Shown here: piece by piece, positions 44,634 to 53,390 of the stretch
Position numbering within the stretch: position 1 is the stretch's first letter
Layout of the letters: each line of letters starts with the position of its first letter
Assembly (NCBI GenBank): GCA_023384005.1
Contig: JAHDXY010000001.1
Span: 20,042 to 84,041 of the forward strand
Direction of reading: 5' to 3'
Length of the DNA: 64,000 nt
Source: Burkholderiaceae bacterium
Lineage (GTDB): Bacteria; Pseudomonadota; Gammaproteobacteria; Burkholderiales; Burkholderiaceae_E
Notes under the pieces: generated by a model
Seen by the model: only the letters and a program-made list of their open reading frames with translations
Told to the model about the DNA's origin: nothing
The model's database searches: none
Program-made: the position numbers and the translations under genes

Positions 44634-45098
44634 CTAAGGACTAGGGTTCGGATTGTGTGGGTCTGCGTGGTGATGACGGTACTGCACCTCGACCCAAAGC
44701 ACGCCCACAACGGTGCGGTCCTCGTAGGTTGTCATGTCGGTCTCGTTGTTCTGCAATCCTGTGTCGATCGCCAACCCTCCCCATTTTGTGTTGGCAAGCA
44801 CGACATGCTCGATCACCGACAGCACCTGCTCAGCAAGGTTTCCCGGCGCAGGATCGCCACGATTGACTGTGACCCTGAACTCAATAGCGACCCGCAGGAA
44901 GCGGACGATGAGCGGGAAATTGTGCGCATAGCGTTCAGGCCCCGGCACGATGCCGATCGAGTAACGCTTGCGGTTGTCCTCAGCACCCAGCGGCCCGAGC
45001 TCGACCACCGAGAACTGGATCGGCCAGTCAGGAGGCTCGACCTGGCGGAACGTGTCGACCATCTGGGCGAGAATCTGGTGGCGAAGACTTTCCGGCAT
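44634..45098 (-). CDS. putative tail completion / neck protein
   Basis: ORF track 44634..45197. ATG at 45098 follows GAGGA. Assignment is positional. Confidence 0.45.
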   Translation of the reverse strand: MPESLRHQILAQMVDTFRQVEPPDWPIQFSVVELGPLGAEDNRKRYSIGIVPGPERYAHNFPLIVRFLRVAIEFRVTVNRGDPAPGNLAEQVLSVIEHVVLANTKWGGLAIDTGLQNNETDMTTYEDRTVVGVLWVEVQYRHHHADPHNPNPSP

Positions 45099-45108
45099 TC
45101 TGCTGTCC

Positions 45109-45759
45109 TCACTGCACCAGGATGTCCTTGACGAGCTGATCCATGACGCGATCGACGAAGTACGGCAACCCTGCCTGCAGGGTGGCGCGCATACCAAGCC
45201 GGGGCGGGATCGTCACGCTGCTCTTGAGCACGTAAAGCGGCACGATCTGAGAACCGCGGCGCTGGAAGATAAGGAGGTTCCCGGCCTTGCTACGGGCGAC
45301 GAATGTGTTGTTCCAGTCCCTGGCCTTCTTCTTGAGCGGCACTCCCTTTGAATCGAGCGCTGCAGGTAACGGGACTGTCAGAAACTTCGCAGTCCTTGGC
45401 TTTATGGTCGCTCCGAATTCATGCACGATGCCAGGGAAGGCGGCGCTGATGTAGCCTGTCAGATTATCGAACGTCCCGCCCTTCACCCGCACGCTCTTTT
45501 CGATCGAGGCGACCAGCTCGCCAGAGCGTCGGGACAGGGTCTTCTCCCCGGTTCCTCCCGGCCAAGGGTTAGTGTGGCGGCGGGAGAGTGCGGTCGCTAC
45601 ACTGTTGAGAAAGCTGCGCAGCTCACGTCCCAGAACCTTGGCTGCCCCGTCCCAATCCTGCCGGACATGCCGGGCGAACGCCTCAAGACCCTTCTGGGCG
45701 TCCCTGTAGCGCTGGTTCCTGAACTCAAATTCGAGCGTGTACTGGGTCGACATGCTCAA
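45109..45759 (-). CDS. HK97 gp10-like head-tail adaptor
   Basis: 216 aa. GELVASIEKSV...AAFPGIVHEFG pattern, and position. Confidence 0.5.
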   Translation of the reverse strand: MSMSTQYTLEFEFRNQRYRDAQKGLEAFARHVRQDWDGAAKVLGRELRSFLNSVATALSRRHTNPWPGGTGEKTLSRRSGELVASIEKSVRVKGGTFDNLTGYISAAFPGIVHEFGATIKPRTAKFLTVPLPAALDSKGVPLKKKARDWNNTFVARSKAGNLLIFQRRGSQIVPLYVLKSSVTIPPRLGMRATLQAGLPYFVDRVMDQLVKDILVQ

Positions 45760-45760
45760 C

Positions 45761-46375
45761 TCACAATGGCAGCAGGGCCGTTGGCGCGTACCGGATGTGC
45801 TTGTTGATCAGTGCGGTGTACTGCGCTTCGAGAACCTTCTTGTCGAGATCGATCCCGGCCTCGGTGACTGACGGACTGCTCGCCATGTGCAGGAGGCATT
45901 TCAGCTTGGCGGCTTCCTGTAGCCATCTCGGCACCTGGTCGAGCTTGTAAGACTCAGCGTTGTCGGCGTCGGGCTCGAAACCGGCCGTGTACGAGAACGT
46001 GACGTACTGGCGATTGAAGACGGTCGACCAGTCCCTGGCGACACCCTTCTCCAGGTCGAACTTCATGTCCGCCGACAGATCGATCGAAGCGCTCGGGTTG
46101 ACGAGCGATACCCGTTCCGTTGCGGTGACCGACGGAGCCGAGGCAAGCAGACCCCGGCTCAGTCGAAATTCAGTCCTGACGTGCTCCATCTGGCTGAAGC
46201 CTGGCCGCTGGACCCAGAACACATCAGTCACGTCTCCCCGCTCAAAGCTCGTGTCGAGGAGGGCTGCAAGCTGCGGCTCAGCAGCGTGCAGCGCCATCTC
46301 TATGGCGGCATTGATGTCCGTCATATCGTCGAAGCCCAGCGCTTCGCGTATGCCTTGAACGGAAGCGAGAAGCAT
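45761..46375 (-). CDS. gp6-like head-tail connector
   Basis: ORF track 45761..46441. ATG at 46375 follows GGAGG. N-terminus MLLASVQGIREALGFDDMTDINAAIEMALHAAE. Confidence 0.55.
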   Translation of the reverse strand: MLLASVQGIREALGFDDMTDINAAIEMALHAAEPQLAALLDTSFERGDVTDVFWVQRPGFSQMEHVRTEFRLSRGLLASAPSVTATERVSLVNPSASIDLSADMKFDLEKGVARDWSTVFNRQYVTFSYTAGFEPDADNAESYKLDQVPRWLQEAAKLKCLLHMASSPSVTEAGIDLDKKVLEAQYTALINKHIRYAPTALLPL

Positions 46376-46376
46376 T

Positions 46377-46895
46377 TTAGACCTCCACGGCCCCAGAAGT
46401 GGTGGGGTCAGCGCCTGCCTCGGCCTTGGCGTCCTCGCCATCCGGTACGGCCGGCTTTTGACTGCTCACCTTCTTGATGACCACGCCGCCCTTCTTGCCG
46501 CCCTTGTCCTCGCCGGTATCGACCTGCCCCTTGGAGGCACCAGTCTTCAGGGCCTCGTCGCGCTCCTGGGCCGAAATGCCATAGCCGAGGATCTTCTCGA
46601 TAGCCTGCACCTGCGGCTTGCCGGTCGCCGTGAAGTTCGACTCGTCATCAACGTCGAGCTTATCGGAAGCCTCTCGAATGGCTGCATACAGCGCTCCCTT
46701 GGAGCTCGGCCGATCGTTGCTGTTCTCGGAGCCTTTAGGGATGGTCTCCAGCCCCAGTCCTCGCACCTCGAAGCGCGGGTCAGCGTCAAGTTTGCGGGCG
46801 GTATCGGCGTCGACATCCTCCACCACGACTCCGCGTTCCCAGATGCGACCCAGGGTGCTCAAGCGGGCGGGCTTCAACAGTTTGACTGTAGGCAT
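46377..46895 (-). CDS. hypothetical head-module protein
   Basis: 172-aa ORF with AGGAGAG upstream, directly downstream of the capsid gene. Confidence 0.55.
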   Translation of the reverse strand: MPTVKLLKPARLSTLGRIWERGVVVEDVDADTARKLDADPRFEVRGLGLETIPKGSENSNDRPSSKGALYAAIREASDKLDVDDESNFTATGKPQVQAIEKILGYGISAQERDEALKTGASKGQVDTGEDKGGKKGGVVIKKVSSQKPAVPDGEDAKAEAGADPTTSGAVEV

Positions 46896-46915
46896 TGCGC
46901 TCTCCTAGCGTCCTT

Positions 46916-46951
46916 CAACAAAAACAGGGCCAGAGTATTTCATCCGGCCCC
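46916..46951 (-). terminator. weak terminator-like hairpin after the major capsid gene
   Basis: Minus strand: GGGCC-(14-nt loop)-GGCCC followed by TGTTTTTGTTG. Confidence 0.35.
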
Positions 46952-46955
46952 GTCA

Positions 46956-46969
46956 TGCAATTAATTGCA
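46956..46969. repeat. palindrome-family copy, perfect
   Basis: ATGCAATTAATTGCAT (16-bp palindrome). 8 nt after the capsid stop, then a hairpin and T-run. Confidence 0.9.
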
Positions 46970-46977
46970 TCTCACGC

Positions 46978-47955
46978 TTACGCGGTGCCGATGTTCTCGT
47001 AGACCACCAGCGCCTCGGGCTCCTCGATCTGGAAGTCGATGCGGGCCGTCAGCACGATGATGTACACGCGTGCCGTGATGTCCTTGTCGAACTCCATCGA
47101 GACCTGGCGCTGGATACCGAAGATGAGGTTCAGCGCGTCGGTGTAGAGGCCACTGTCCTCGGGCATCAGGGCGACACCCTGAACCGGCGATCCGTACGCA
47201 AACGCCGGGCTCTGACCCTGGGTCATCTGGTCACCAAGGGCCGTACCGCGATCAGACAGCGTGTCACGGTACTCGGTCTCGTTGTTCACCGAGACGTAGT
47301 GGGTCAGCGCCGCCTTGTTGCGCTGATACTGCGACGGCATCGTCTTCAGGCCGTTCTTGAACACGTCCTTGGAGATTGTCGCATTGGCTGCGTCGTGGAC
47401 GTTACCATCTTCCGTGCCACGCTTCAGCCAGCCGTCCAGCTGCGAGAGGTAAGCCTCGTCATCCGCATCGCCGGCATTGACGTAATCAACATCGGCCAGC
47501 AGAGCGAGCTCTTCCATGTCGAGAGCGGCACGCTCGGCGATGAGGTCGATGATGGTCTGCCGCAGGCCGCCCGGACCCGCGTTGGCCGCCTCGTTGTTCG
47601 CCGCCGTCGCCCGCTCGATGTTGTCCTCGAGCACATCGTACGGAAGGCGGATCTCAGCGATCTGCTCTTTGGTGTCGAGCTCGATCTGCTCAGTCGTGGG
47701 CTTGGAACGCTGGGCCTCGGTCAGAGCCGTGCCCGACGTCGCCTTGCGCAGGATACGCGAGCCGAAGCCGATCTTGTTGATCTTGCGCTTCGGGGCCGTC
47801 ATCTCCACAACGCGGCACTGACGGATCAGCGTCGGCTGCTTGATGAGCTTGCGGATGAACGCCGCGCCCTGCTCGGGCGAGAGCTCGCCGCCGTTGGCTT
47901 GAAGGTCCGCAATCGCGATATCGGCCTTGCGGAGTAGGCTGCTGTTCGTAGTCAT
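46978..47955 (-). CDS. major capsid protein (HK97 fold)
   Basis: ORF track 46978..48078. Start taken at MTTNSSLL. Sequence pattern and position after the scaffold. Confidence 0.8.
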   Translation of the reverse strand: MTTNSSLLRKADIAIADLQANGGELSPEQGAAFIRKLIKQPTLIRQCRVVEMTAPKRKINKIGFGSRILRKATSGTALTEAQRSKPTTEQIELDTKEQIAEIRLPYDVLEDNIERATAANNEAANAGPGGLRQTIIDLIAERAALDMEELALLADVDYVNAGDADDEAYLSQLDGWLKRGTEDGNVHDAANATISKDVFKNGLKTMPSQYQRNKAALTHYVSVNNETEYRDTLSDRGTALGDQMTQGQSPAFAYGSPVQGVALMPEDSGLYTDALNLIFGIQRQVSMEFDKDITARVYIIVLTARIDFQIEEPEALVVYENIGTA

Positions 47956-48001
47956 TGCTTCAGTTCCTTCTCGGTTCAGAATAGTGGTCTGATCTCCGCA
48001 C

Positions 48002-49561
48002 TCACGCGACTGCGCGTCGGGAGTAGGCGGTGTCCAGGAGGGGCGGGGTGGACGATTCGGTCTTCTTGACCGAAGCACCGTCGCCGCCCGCGTCGTTGAA
48101 CACGGTTCCGTTCAGCGCTTCGTCGGCCTTGCGGACCAAAGTGTCCACCCGGTCGACCCGCTCACTGAGCGCACCCACCTCCTTCTTCACCTCAAGGACA
48201 GCTCCCTCGAATGATTTCTGGAGAGCTGCAATCGCGGTCACGACGTCCGAGTAGTCTGTCTTGGTCACATCCTTGAGGTCCTTCTCCTGCCCGGCAGCCT
48301 GTTGGGCTCCCGCGCCGGATTGGTTGTCGGGCAGCTTGTTGCCCTTACCCTTCTTGCCGACGTCGCCGTCACCTTCCTTACGAACGCCGCCGAGTTGGCC
48401 GAGGCCGGAATCACCGTCGGGAATGGAGCTTCCCGTAGTGCCACCGTTCTGCGTGGAGTTCGCGGCATCATCTGCCGAAGCACGGGCTGTCGCCTGCTGG
48501 CTGTCGGTCGGTGCAGCTGCGAAGCCATCTCCGTCACCAGGCTCGAAGCCATCCGGGTCAGGCAGGCCGGCGACCGCCTCCTTGCGAGCCTCGACCGGGC
48601 CTTCGCTCGGATTGCCTGTCGTAGACTCTCCGGGCACGGCATTGACGGCGGTGTTCGCCAAGTCGTCAGCGGTCGCCCTCGGATCGGTCCCGGTGCCATC
48701 GCCGAGCTCGAACCCAGCACCGGTGCCGTTCTTGCCGGCGTCAGCCTTCTGGGTCTCGGTGACAGGCGGCTCGTCACCGGGCGGTGTCGGAGCAGCTTCG
48801 GACGTGGCCTCATCCTTCGCAGACCGGGCCTTACCCTTCCCGGCCTCCTTATCGTCCTCCTCGTCCATTTCCTTCTCCGAGGCACCCGCCTTGCCCTTGG
48901 AGCCCGTCGCGGCCTTTTCGACGCCCTGGGCGACAGCGATGTCTGCCTTGAACGCCTGCACCGGCACGGAGCCGAGCAGCATGGTCATGTAATCCTTGAA
49001 GGCATCGATTGCGGAGGCAACCTGCTGGGACGCTTCAGCGGGGGACGCTGCCTTGTAGAGGATGTTCCCGATGGTCGTGCCGAGCGCCTCCTTGGCGACG
49101 CACATGGACGGGTAGACGCCCTCGGTGGCCATCACCACGCTGAAGTCCGTCGAGCTGTAGGCGTAGCTATCGAAGGTCTTCTTGAGATGGCTGATGACCA
49201 GGCCCACCTCGTCGGAAACCTTGAAGACAACCGTGTCCTCGGCCTTCTCGGCATCTGCCTTGGCAACCGTGACGATCCCGTCCTTCTCGGACTTGACGAA
49301 TTCCTTCGGCTCGAGACCTGCCGACTTGAAGATCGCGGCGACCTGATTGAGATCGGCTCCCTTCTTGATGACGGCAGCGACGATTGCAGGCTTGGGGTCG
49401 GTCTTCTTGAAGAGAGTCCGGCCAATCTTGTGCAGGTCCAGCATTGGTTCATCCTCTTTCGTGATCCGAAACGGGATACGGTTCGCCCCCCGCTTGACCA
49501 GCGAGACAAAATTCACGTCCGTGTTGACCAGCTCGGTTGCCTTAATTTGCAATTTGGGCAC
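48002..49561 (-). CDS. scaffold-like protein
   Basis: ORF track 48002..49603. GTG at 49561 follows GAGGGAG. N-terminal VSLVKRGANRIPF, then a long Ala/Gly/Asp/Glu/Lys-rich region. Confidence 0.6.
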   Translation of the reverse strand: MPKLQIKATELVNTDVNFVSLVKRGANRIPFRITKEDEPMLDLHKIGRTLFKKTDPKPAIVAAVIKKGADLNQVAAIFKSAGLEPKEFVKSEKDGIVTVAKADAEKAEDTVVFKVSDEVGLVISHLKKTFDSYAYSSTDFSVVMATEGVYPSMCVAKEALGTTIGNILYKAASPAEASQQVASAIDAFKDYMTMLLGSVPVQAFKADIAVAQGVEKAATGSKGKAGASEKEMDEEDDKEAGKGKARSAKDEATSEAAPTPPGDEPPVTETQKADAGKNGTGAGFELGDGTGTDPRATADDLANTAVNAVPGESTTGNPSEGPVEARKEAVAGLPDPDGFEPGDGDGFAAAPTDSQQATARASADDAANSTQNGGTTGSSIPDGDSGLGQLGGVRKEGDGDVGKKGKGNKLPDNQSGAGAQQAAGQEKDLKDVTKTDYSDVVTAIAALQKSFEGAVLEVKKEVGALSERVDRVDTLVRKADEALNGTVFNDAGGDGASVKKTESSTPPLLDTAYSRRAVA

Positions 49562-50246
49562 TGAGCACTCCCTCGACGAACGAGAAGCGATGCGCATGGT
49601 CATCGGTCACTTCGGTGACTGTCCCACGCAGTATCTTGTGAACATGCCCGTCAGGACCCGGACCCGTCAGACCACCCAGAAACCGCCCGTCCTCGTCATA
49701 CTTGACGTAGAACGTATGCTTGTGGCCGCCGACCTCATCGGTCTCCCCATCGATAGCTTGCGGCAGATCGATCTCGATCACTTTCTCGACGCGAACACCG
49801 ATGCCATCGAAGGAGAAACCGTTGAGCTCTCCCGTCTTCACCAACTCCCACGTGACGAGATCCGGTACTTTCACACCGAGGACCCAGCTACCTGGGATGA
49901 AGATCGAGTCGTCATCACGAGCGATGAAGCTCTCGACGACGTAGCAACCAGATACCTCCTGCGAATGGTTCAGGTCGATCTTGTCAACCAGGCCCTTGCG
50001 CATGAACGCGTAGGCCATCTCCTGGATGGACTCTCGCGTCATGAAGTCTCCCTGGCTGTCAGGGAAACCGGGAGCATAAACCTCGCCGAAGACAAGCTGC
50101 TGTTCGTCGTCGGTCTTCTTGATCGAGACGCTGTGGGGATCGTTGGAGACAACCGACGCAGCGAAGGGATCGGAAGCGAAAGCCTCCGTCACTGCACCAC
50201 CGCCTGTTGCTTCCCTGAACACCGCTCCGCCTCGATCTGAACGCAC
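49542..50246 (-). CDS. XkdF-like prohead protease
   Basis: 234 aa. QQLVFGEVYAPGFPDSQGDFMTRESIQEMAYAFMRKG...DLNHS. The C-terminus carries three HxH motifs. Confidence 0.6.
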   Translation of the reverse strand: MRSDRGGAVFREATGGGAVTEAFASDPFAASVVSNDPHSVSIKKTDDEQQLVFGEVYAPGFPDSQGDFMTRESIQEMAYAFMRKGLVDKIDLNHSQEVSGCYVVESFIARDDDSIFIPGSWVLGVKVPDLVTWELVKTGELNGFSFDGIGVRVEKVIEIDLPQAIDGETDEVGGHKHTFYVKYDEDGRFLGGLTGPGPDGHVHKILRGTVTEVTDDHAHRFSFVEGVLSAQIAN

Positions 50247-50260
50247 ATGTCACGAGGCGG

Positions 50261-50288
50261 AGAATACAAATTCAGAAGGCTACATCAA
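50261..50288 (-). promoter_or_regulatory. sigma70-like promoter candidate
   Basis: Minus strand: motif, 8 nt, TTGATG, 16 nt, TATTCT. Confidence 0.4.
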
Positions 50289-50296
50289 TCGGTTTG

Positions 50297-50310
50297 TGCA
50301 ATTAACTGCA
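50297..50310. repeat. palindrome-family copy
   Basis: TGCAATTAACTGCA (1 mismatch). Between stop 50346 and start 50246; a promoter candidate follows. Confidence 0.85.
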
Positions 50311-50345
50311 CAGCACGGGCTAGAAATTGCTCCAGATGCCTGAGC

Positions 50346-51443
50346 TTACTCGTCCGTGACCCCTGCCTGCGCGAGAATCGCGAGAACCTCCTGGATGTCG
50401 TCAGCCGCGTATGCCTGCAGAGCACGTTGCTGCAAGGCAAGATCGTCGAGCAAGGAAATCCTGTCACGCAGGGCTGTGTTCCCGACGATATCGATCGTAA
50501 GCAGTGTCTCGTAGGCAGGAGCGGCAGGAGCAGCAGGAGCGGCAGGAGCTTGCGGCTGCTTGGGAATGACCATTCCACCGAGAGGAATTTCCTCGGTCAC
50601 GCTCCCGACAAGCATCAGTACGCCGCGACAAAGCGGGTGAAACGGCGGCGATCCAAACCCTGAGTTCTGCAGCTCATCCCTGCTCATGCCATTGAGCGTC
50701 TGCAGCCCGGCCCTCGATTGACTCGGCCACGGCGCGATGCTCTTGAGCTCCTTCGGGTCCATGGTGCCCAGCGCCATCAGGACGCGGCTGTACTCCTTGT
50801 GCACATCAAAGGTCTTGCCGTGCATGTACCGGCAGACGGCACAGGTCCGGCCATCAAGCACCTCGCTGATCTGGTACACCTCGATCTTCTTGTGGATCGC
50901 TTCAGAAAGGAACCCGAGCGTGACCAGCCGGCTGGTGGTGAGATTGGCGGCGATGTCAATGGCTACCTTGCCGTTGCCAAGAACCGCGGCGTTCAGGCGA
51001 TCGGCGAGATCCATGTCAGCCTTCATGACCTCTGCCTTCGTGATCCGCAGCTCCTCCTGGCGGATCATGTCGTGCAATTGATTGCGCACAAAGTCCGCCC
51101 CGCTGTTCTCCACGCTGTCGGTCAACTGGGTCAGCGCCTGCTGCAGAGCATAAGGCAACGTCTGCCGCCCCTCGACGAACGAGGTACTACCGACATTTCC
51201 GGTGACATTATGCGCACCGAAAAGCAGGGAGCCGACAGCCAGCTCCTCCAGCCTCTTACGGTTGGCCTCGACGACGCCGTTCAGCGTAAGCCGGTTCGCG
51301 ATGTCGTGCGCGTCGTCCCAGCGCCCCTTCTCAAGCAGAGGGAGCACCTGTTCCATCAACTTGCGGGCGACCCTTACCCAAGCCGCCTGCATGGTTCTGG
51401 AGATGGACTTCTCCAGGCTGAGGAACGCCTGCACCTTGGCCAT
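50346..51443 (-). CDS. head morphogenesis protein (Mu F / SPP1 gp7-like)
   Basis: 365 aa. DGRTCAVCRYMHGKTF and FGSPPFHPLCRG are typical of this family. Follows the portal. Confidence 0.75.
   Translation of the reverse strand: MAKVQAFLSLEKSISRTMQAAWVRVARKLMEQVLPLLEKGRWDDAHDIANRLTLNGVVEANRKRLEELAVGSLLFGAHNVTGNVGSTSFVEGRQTLPYALQQALTQLTDSVENSGADFVRNQLHDMIRQEELRITKAEVMKADMDLADRLNAAVLGNGKVAIDIAANLTTSRLVTLGFLSEAIHKKIEVYQISEVLDGRTCAVCRYMHGKTFDVHKEYSRVLMALGTMDPKELKSIAPWPSQSRAGLQTLNGMSRDELQNSGFGSPPFHPLCRGVLMLVGSVTEEIPLGGMVIPKQPQAPAAPAAPAAPAYETLLTIDIVGNTALRDRISLLDDLALQQRALQAYAADDIQEVLAILAQAGVTDE
51073..51086. repeat. palindrome-family copy (intragenic)
   Basis: TGCAATTGATTGCG (2 mismatches). Inside the head morphogenesis CDS (RNQLH). 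Confidence 0.65.
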
Positions 51444-51453
51444 GGCGTCCTCC

Positions 51454-53328
51454 TTAATGGGCGTGGTGGTGGCCGTGGTGGTAGTCGCCCTGCATCACGG
51501 CGATGGTGCAGCCCATCAGCTCGCCAAGCCCTTCATGATCATGCGACGGGTCTACGAACTGGAGCGTGGCACACGCCTTCTGGAACTCCTTCCGTCCGTG
51601 GTCATCGAGCGTTGCAATCAATTGCACGTTTCTGCTCAGATCGGTGAAGTTGCGCTCCCGCAAGGCGATCAGGGTATCCTGGGCGAGAGCCAGCACCCCC
51701 TGAGTTGCCCCTTTGTGGATCTTCTGCGCCTTGGACGGTGTCGTCGGCTCCGTCGGGGTGCTTTCTGTATCGCCCGGAGCCTGGCCGCCCTTGTTCCCTT
51801 GAGCAAGCGGAACGACGTTGCCGTTCAAATCCACCGTCATCGTAGCTTCAGGTACTTCCTCGGAGACCTTGATGTTCGTTCCGCAGGCTTCGTTGATCTC
51901 GTAGAGGATGTCTTCCATTTCGACACGATTGGTGCTGATCGCCAATTCGATGCCCTGGAGCTTGAGTTGTGTATCCTCGATCGTAAGAGGCTTCGAGGCG
52001 AGCTTGTACTCGCGGTAGCCCATCGCTGCCAGGAGCTTCATCGTGATGACTTCATCGAACTCGTCACGCTCTGGCTTGAAGATCTGGGCTTCGGCCACGT
52101 TGTAGGACACGTAGGCCGTCGCGAACGAGTAATCGTCAGCCTTTCCGACGAAGATCGGGGGCAGCCGGAACGCGCGTCGAACTCGCTGCTCACACTTGTC
52201 GTCGTATTTCTCGAACATGGAGTCGTTCGTGCGTTCGCCGCCGAAGCGCTCCACCGTGACTCGAGCCTGGGTCGGGTTGTCCATCGAGCCACCTGTCGGC
52301 TCGACCTCCAGGATCTGGACGCGGTTCTTCGAGGCAGCGGTTCCGAGGCCCACCTTCTCCTCGAGAGCCTTGCGGGTCTCCGTCTGCAGCATTCCGCCCT
52401 GCAGTAGGATCAGCACGGGCGGGACGCCACCATTGTCGAAGAACTCCATGTTGAACTCCTCTGCCTTGCGGGAGCCCAGCACGGAGGGCAGCTGACTGAT
52501 CCAACGAGGCACGCCGTAGGGCGTATGCGCGTCGGGCAGGCATCTGAAGTGTATGATCTCGGTCGCACGGTCCTTCGCCGGCAGCCTCATACCTTTGGGT
52601 GCCCACACCGCCGTCGTCTTGTGCAGGTCCCTCTCGACGCCGAAGTCCTTGAAATAAACGAGGCTGACACCGTTCACGAGCTGGCAATAGCGGCGCTGCC
52701 GCTCCATGACCGTGATCTTCACCTCTTTGCCTCTCCGGCGAATGATCTTCTCGACCGGAATGGCATCGTCGAGCTTGACCAGCCGCATCATCTTTGCATC
52801 GACGGGCCGGATGAAGACGACCTCGTCCTGGGCATTGCGCAGAACCTCGAGGTAGGCGTTACCTGTACGCTCCAGATCACGGCGCAGCTTCTGACGGATC
52901 GTGACGAAGGATTCACCGGGCCAAGGCTCGTCGAAGAAGTCCCGGAGCTGCTCGATGTTCTTATCGTCCGCAGCGTCCTCTACCTCCTCATCCTCGCTCG
53001 TGAAGTCGTAGCCGGTCCCGTCGATATTGGTGACCATCGCCTCGATACAGGGCGAGAGCGCGTTGTTCTCCTGGGAAAGGCGGTCGAGCGTACGCAAGCT
53101 GTAGGGCGGCTCCAGGATGCCCTGGTCGCGCTGCGCGCCGAGATAGAGATCCTGGTACTCGTCCTCCGGCTCGAAGGCGTTGCCTCGAACCACATTCTCA
53201 GGAGCGTCGATCCCCTGCCGTCGTAGAAACTTCTGAACAGGCTCTTTGCCGGACCCGGCCGAAACCAGTCGGTACACCTGAGCGGTCGGCTTGCCCGAAT
53301 TCTCGGATTCGTCGACTCCATCCGCCAT
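51454..53328 (-). CDS. portal protein
   Basis: 624 aa. ILEPPYSLRTLDRLSQENNALSPCIEAMVTNIDGTGY resembles PBSX-type portals. Position also fits. Confidence 0.85.
   Translation of the reverse strand: MADGVDESENSGKPTAQVYRLVSAGSGKEPVQKFLRRQGIDAPENVVRGNAFEPEDEYQDLYLGAQRDQGILEPPYSLRTLDRLSQENNALSPCIEAMVTNIDGTGYDFTSEDEEVEDAADDKNIEQLRDFFDEPWPGESFVTIRQKLRRDLERTGNAYLEVLRNAQDEVVFIRPVDAKMMRLVKLDDAIPVEKIIRRRGKEVKITVMERQRRYCQLVNGVSLVYFKDFGVERDLHKTTAVWAPKGMRLPAKDRATEIIHFRCLPDAHTPYGVPRWISQLPSVLGSRKAEEFNMEFFDNGGVPPVLILLQGGMLQTETRKALEEKVGLGTAASKNRVQILEVEPTGGSMDNPTQARVTVERFGGERTNDSMFEKYDDKCEQRVRRAFRLPPIFVGKADDYSFATAYVSYNVAEAQIFKPERDEFDEVITMKLLAAMGYREYKLASKPLTIEDTQLKLQGIELAISTNRVEMEDILYEINEACGTNIKVSEEVPEATMTVDLNGNVVPLAQGNKGGQAPGDTESTPTEPTTPSKAQKIHKGATQGVLALAQDTLIALRERNFTDLSRNVQLIATLDDHGRKEFQKACATLQFVDPSHDHEGLGELMGCTIAVMQGDYHHGHHHAH
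51613..51626. repeat. palindrome-family copy (intragenic)
   Basis: TGCAATCAATTGCA (1 mismatch). Inside the portal CDS near its C-terminus (VQLIAT). Confidence 0.75.
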
Positions 53329-53368
53329 GATGGTCTCCTGTCCGCCTCCGCATCAAGCGCCCCACTGC

Positions 53369-53382
53369 TGCAATTAATTGCA
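53369..53382. repeat. palindrome-family copy, perfect
   Basis: TGCAATTAATTGCA. 8 nt after the polymerase stop and 40 nt before the portal ATG. Confidence 0.9.
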
Positions 53383-53390
53383 TCTTGTGG

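Noticed and set aside
50515-50550. GCAGGAGC(G/A) tandem repeats as a possible VNTR or regulatory repeat.
   Set aside because: They lie inside the head morphogenesis CDS and simply encode an (Ala-Pro-Ala)n linker (PQAPAAPAAPAAPA).
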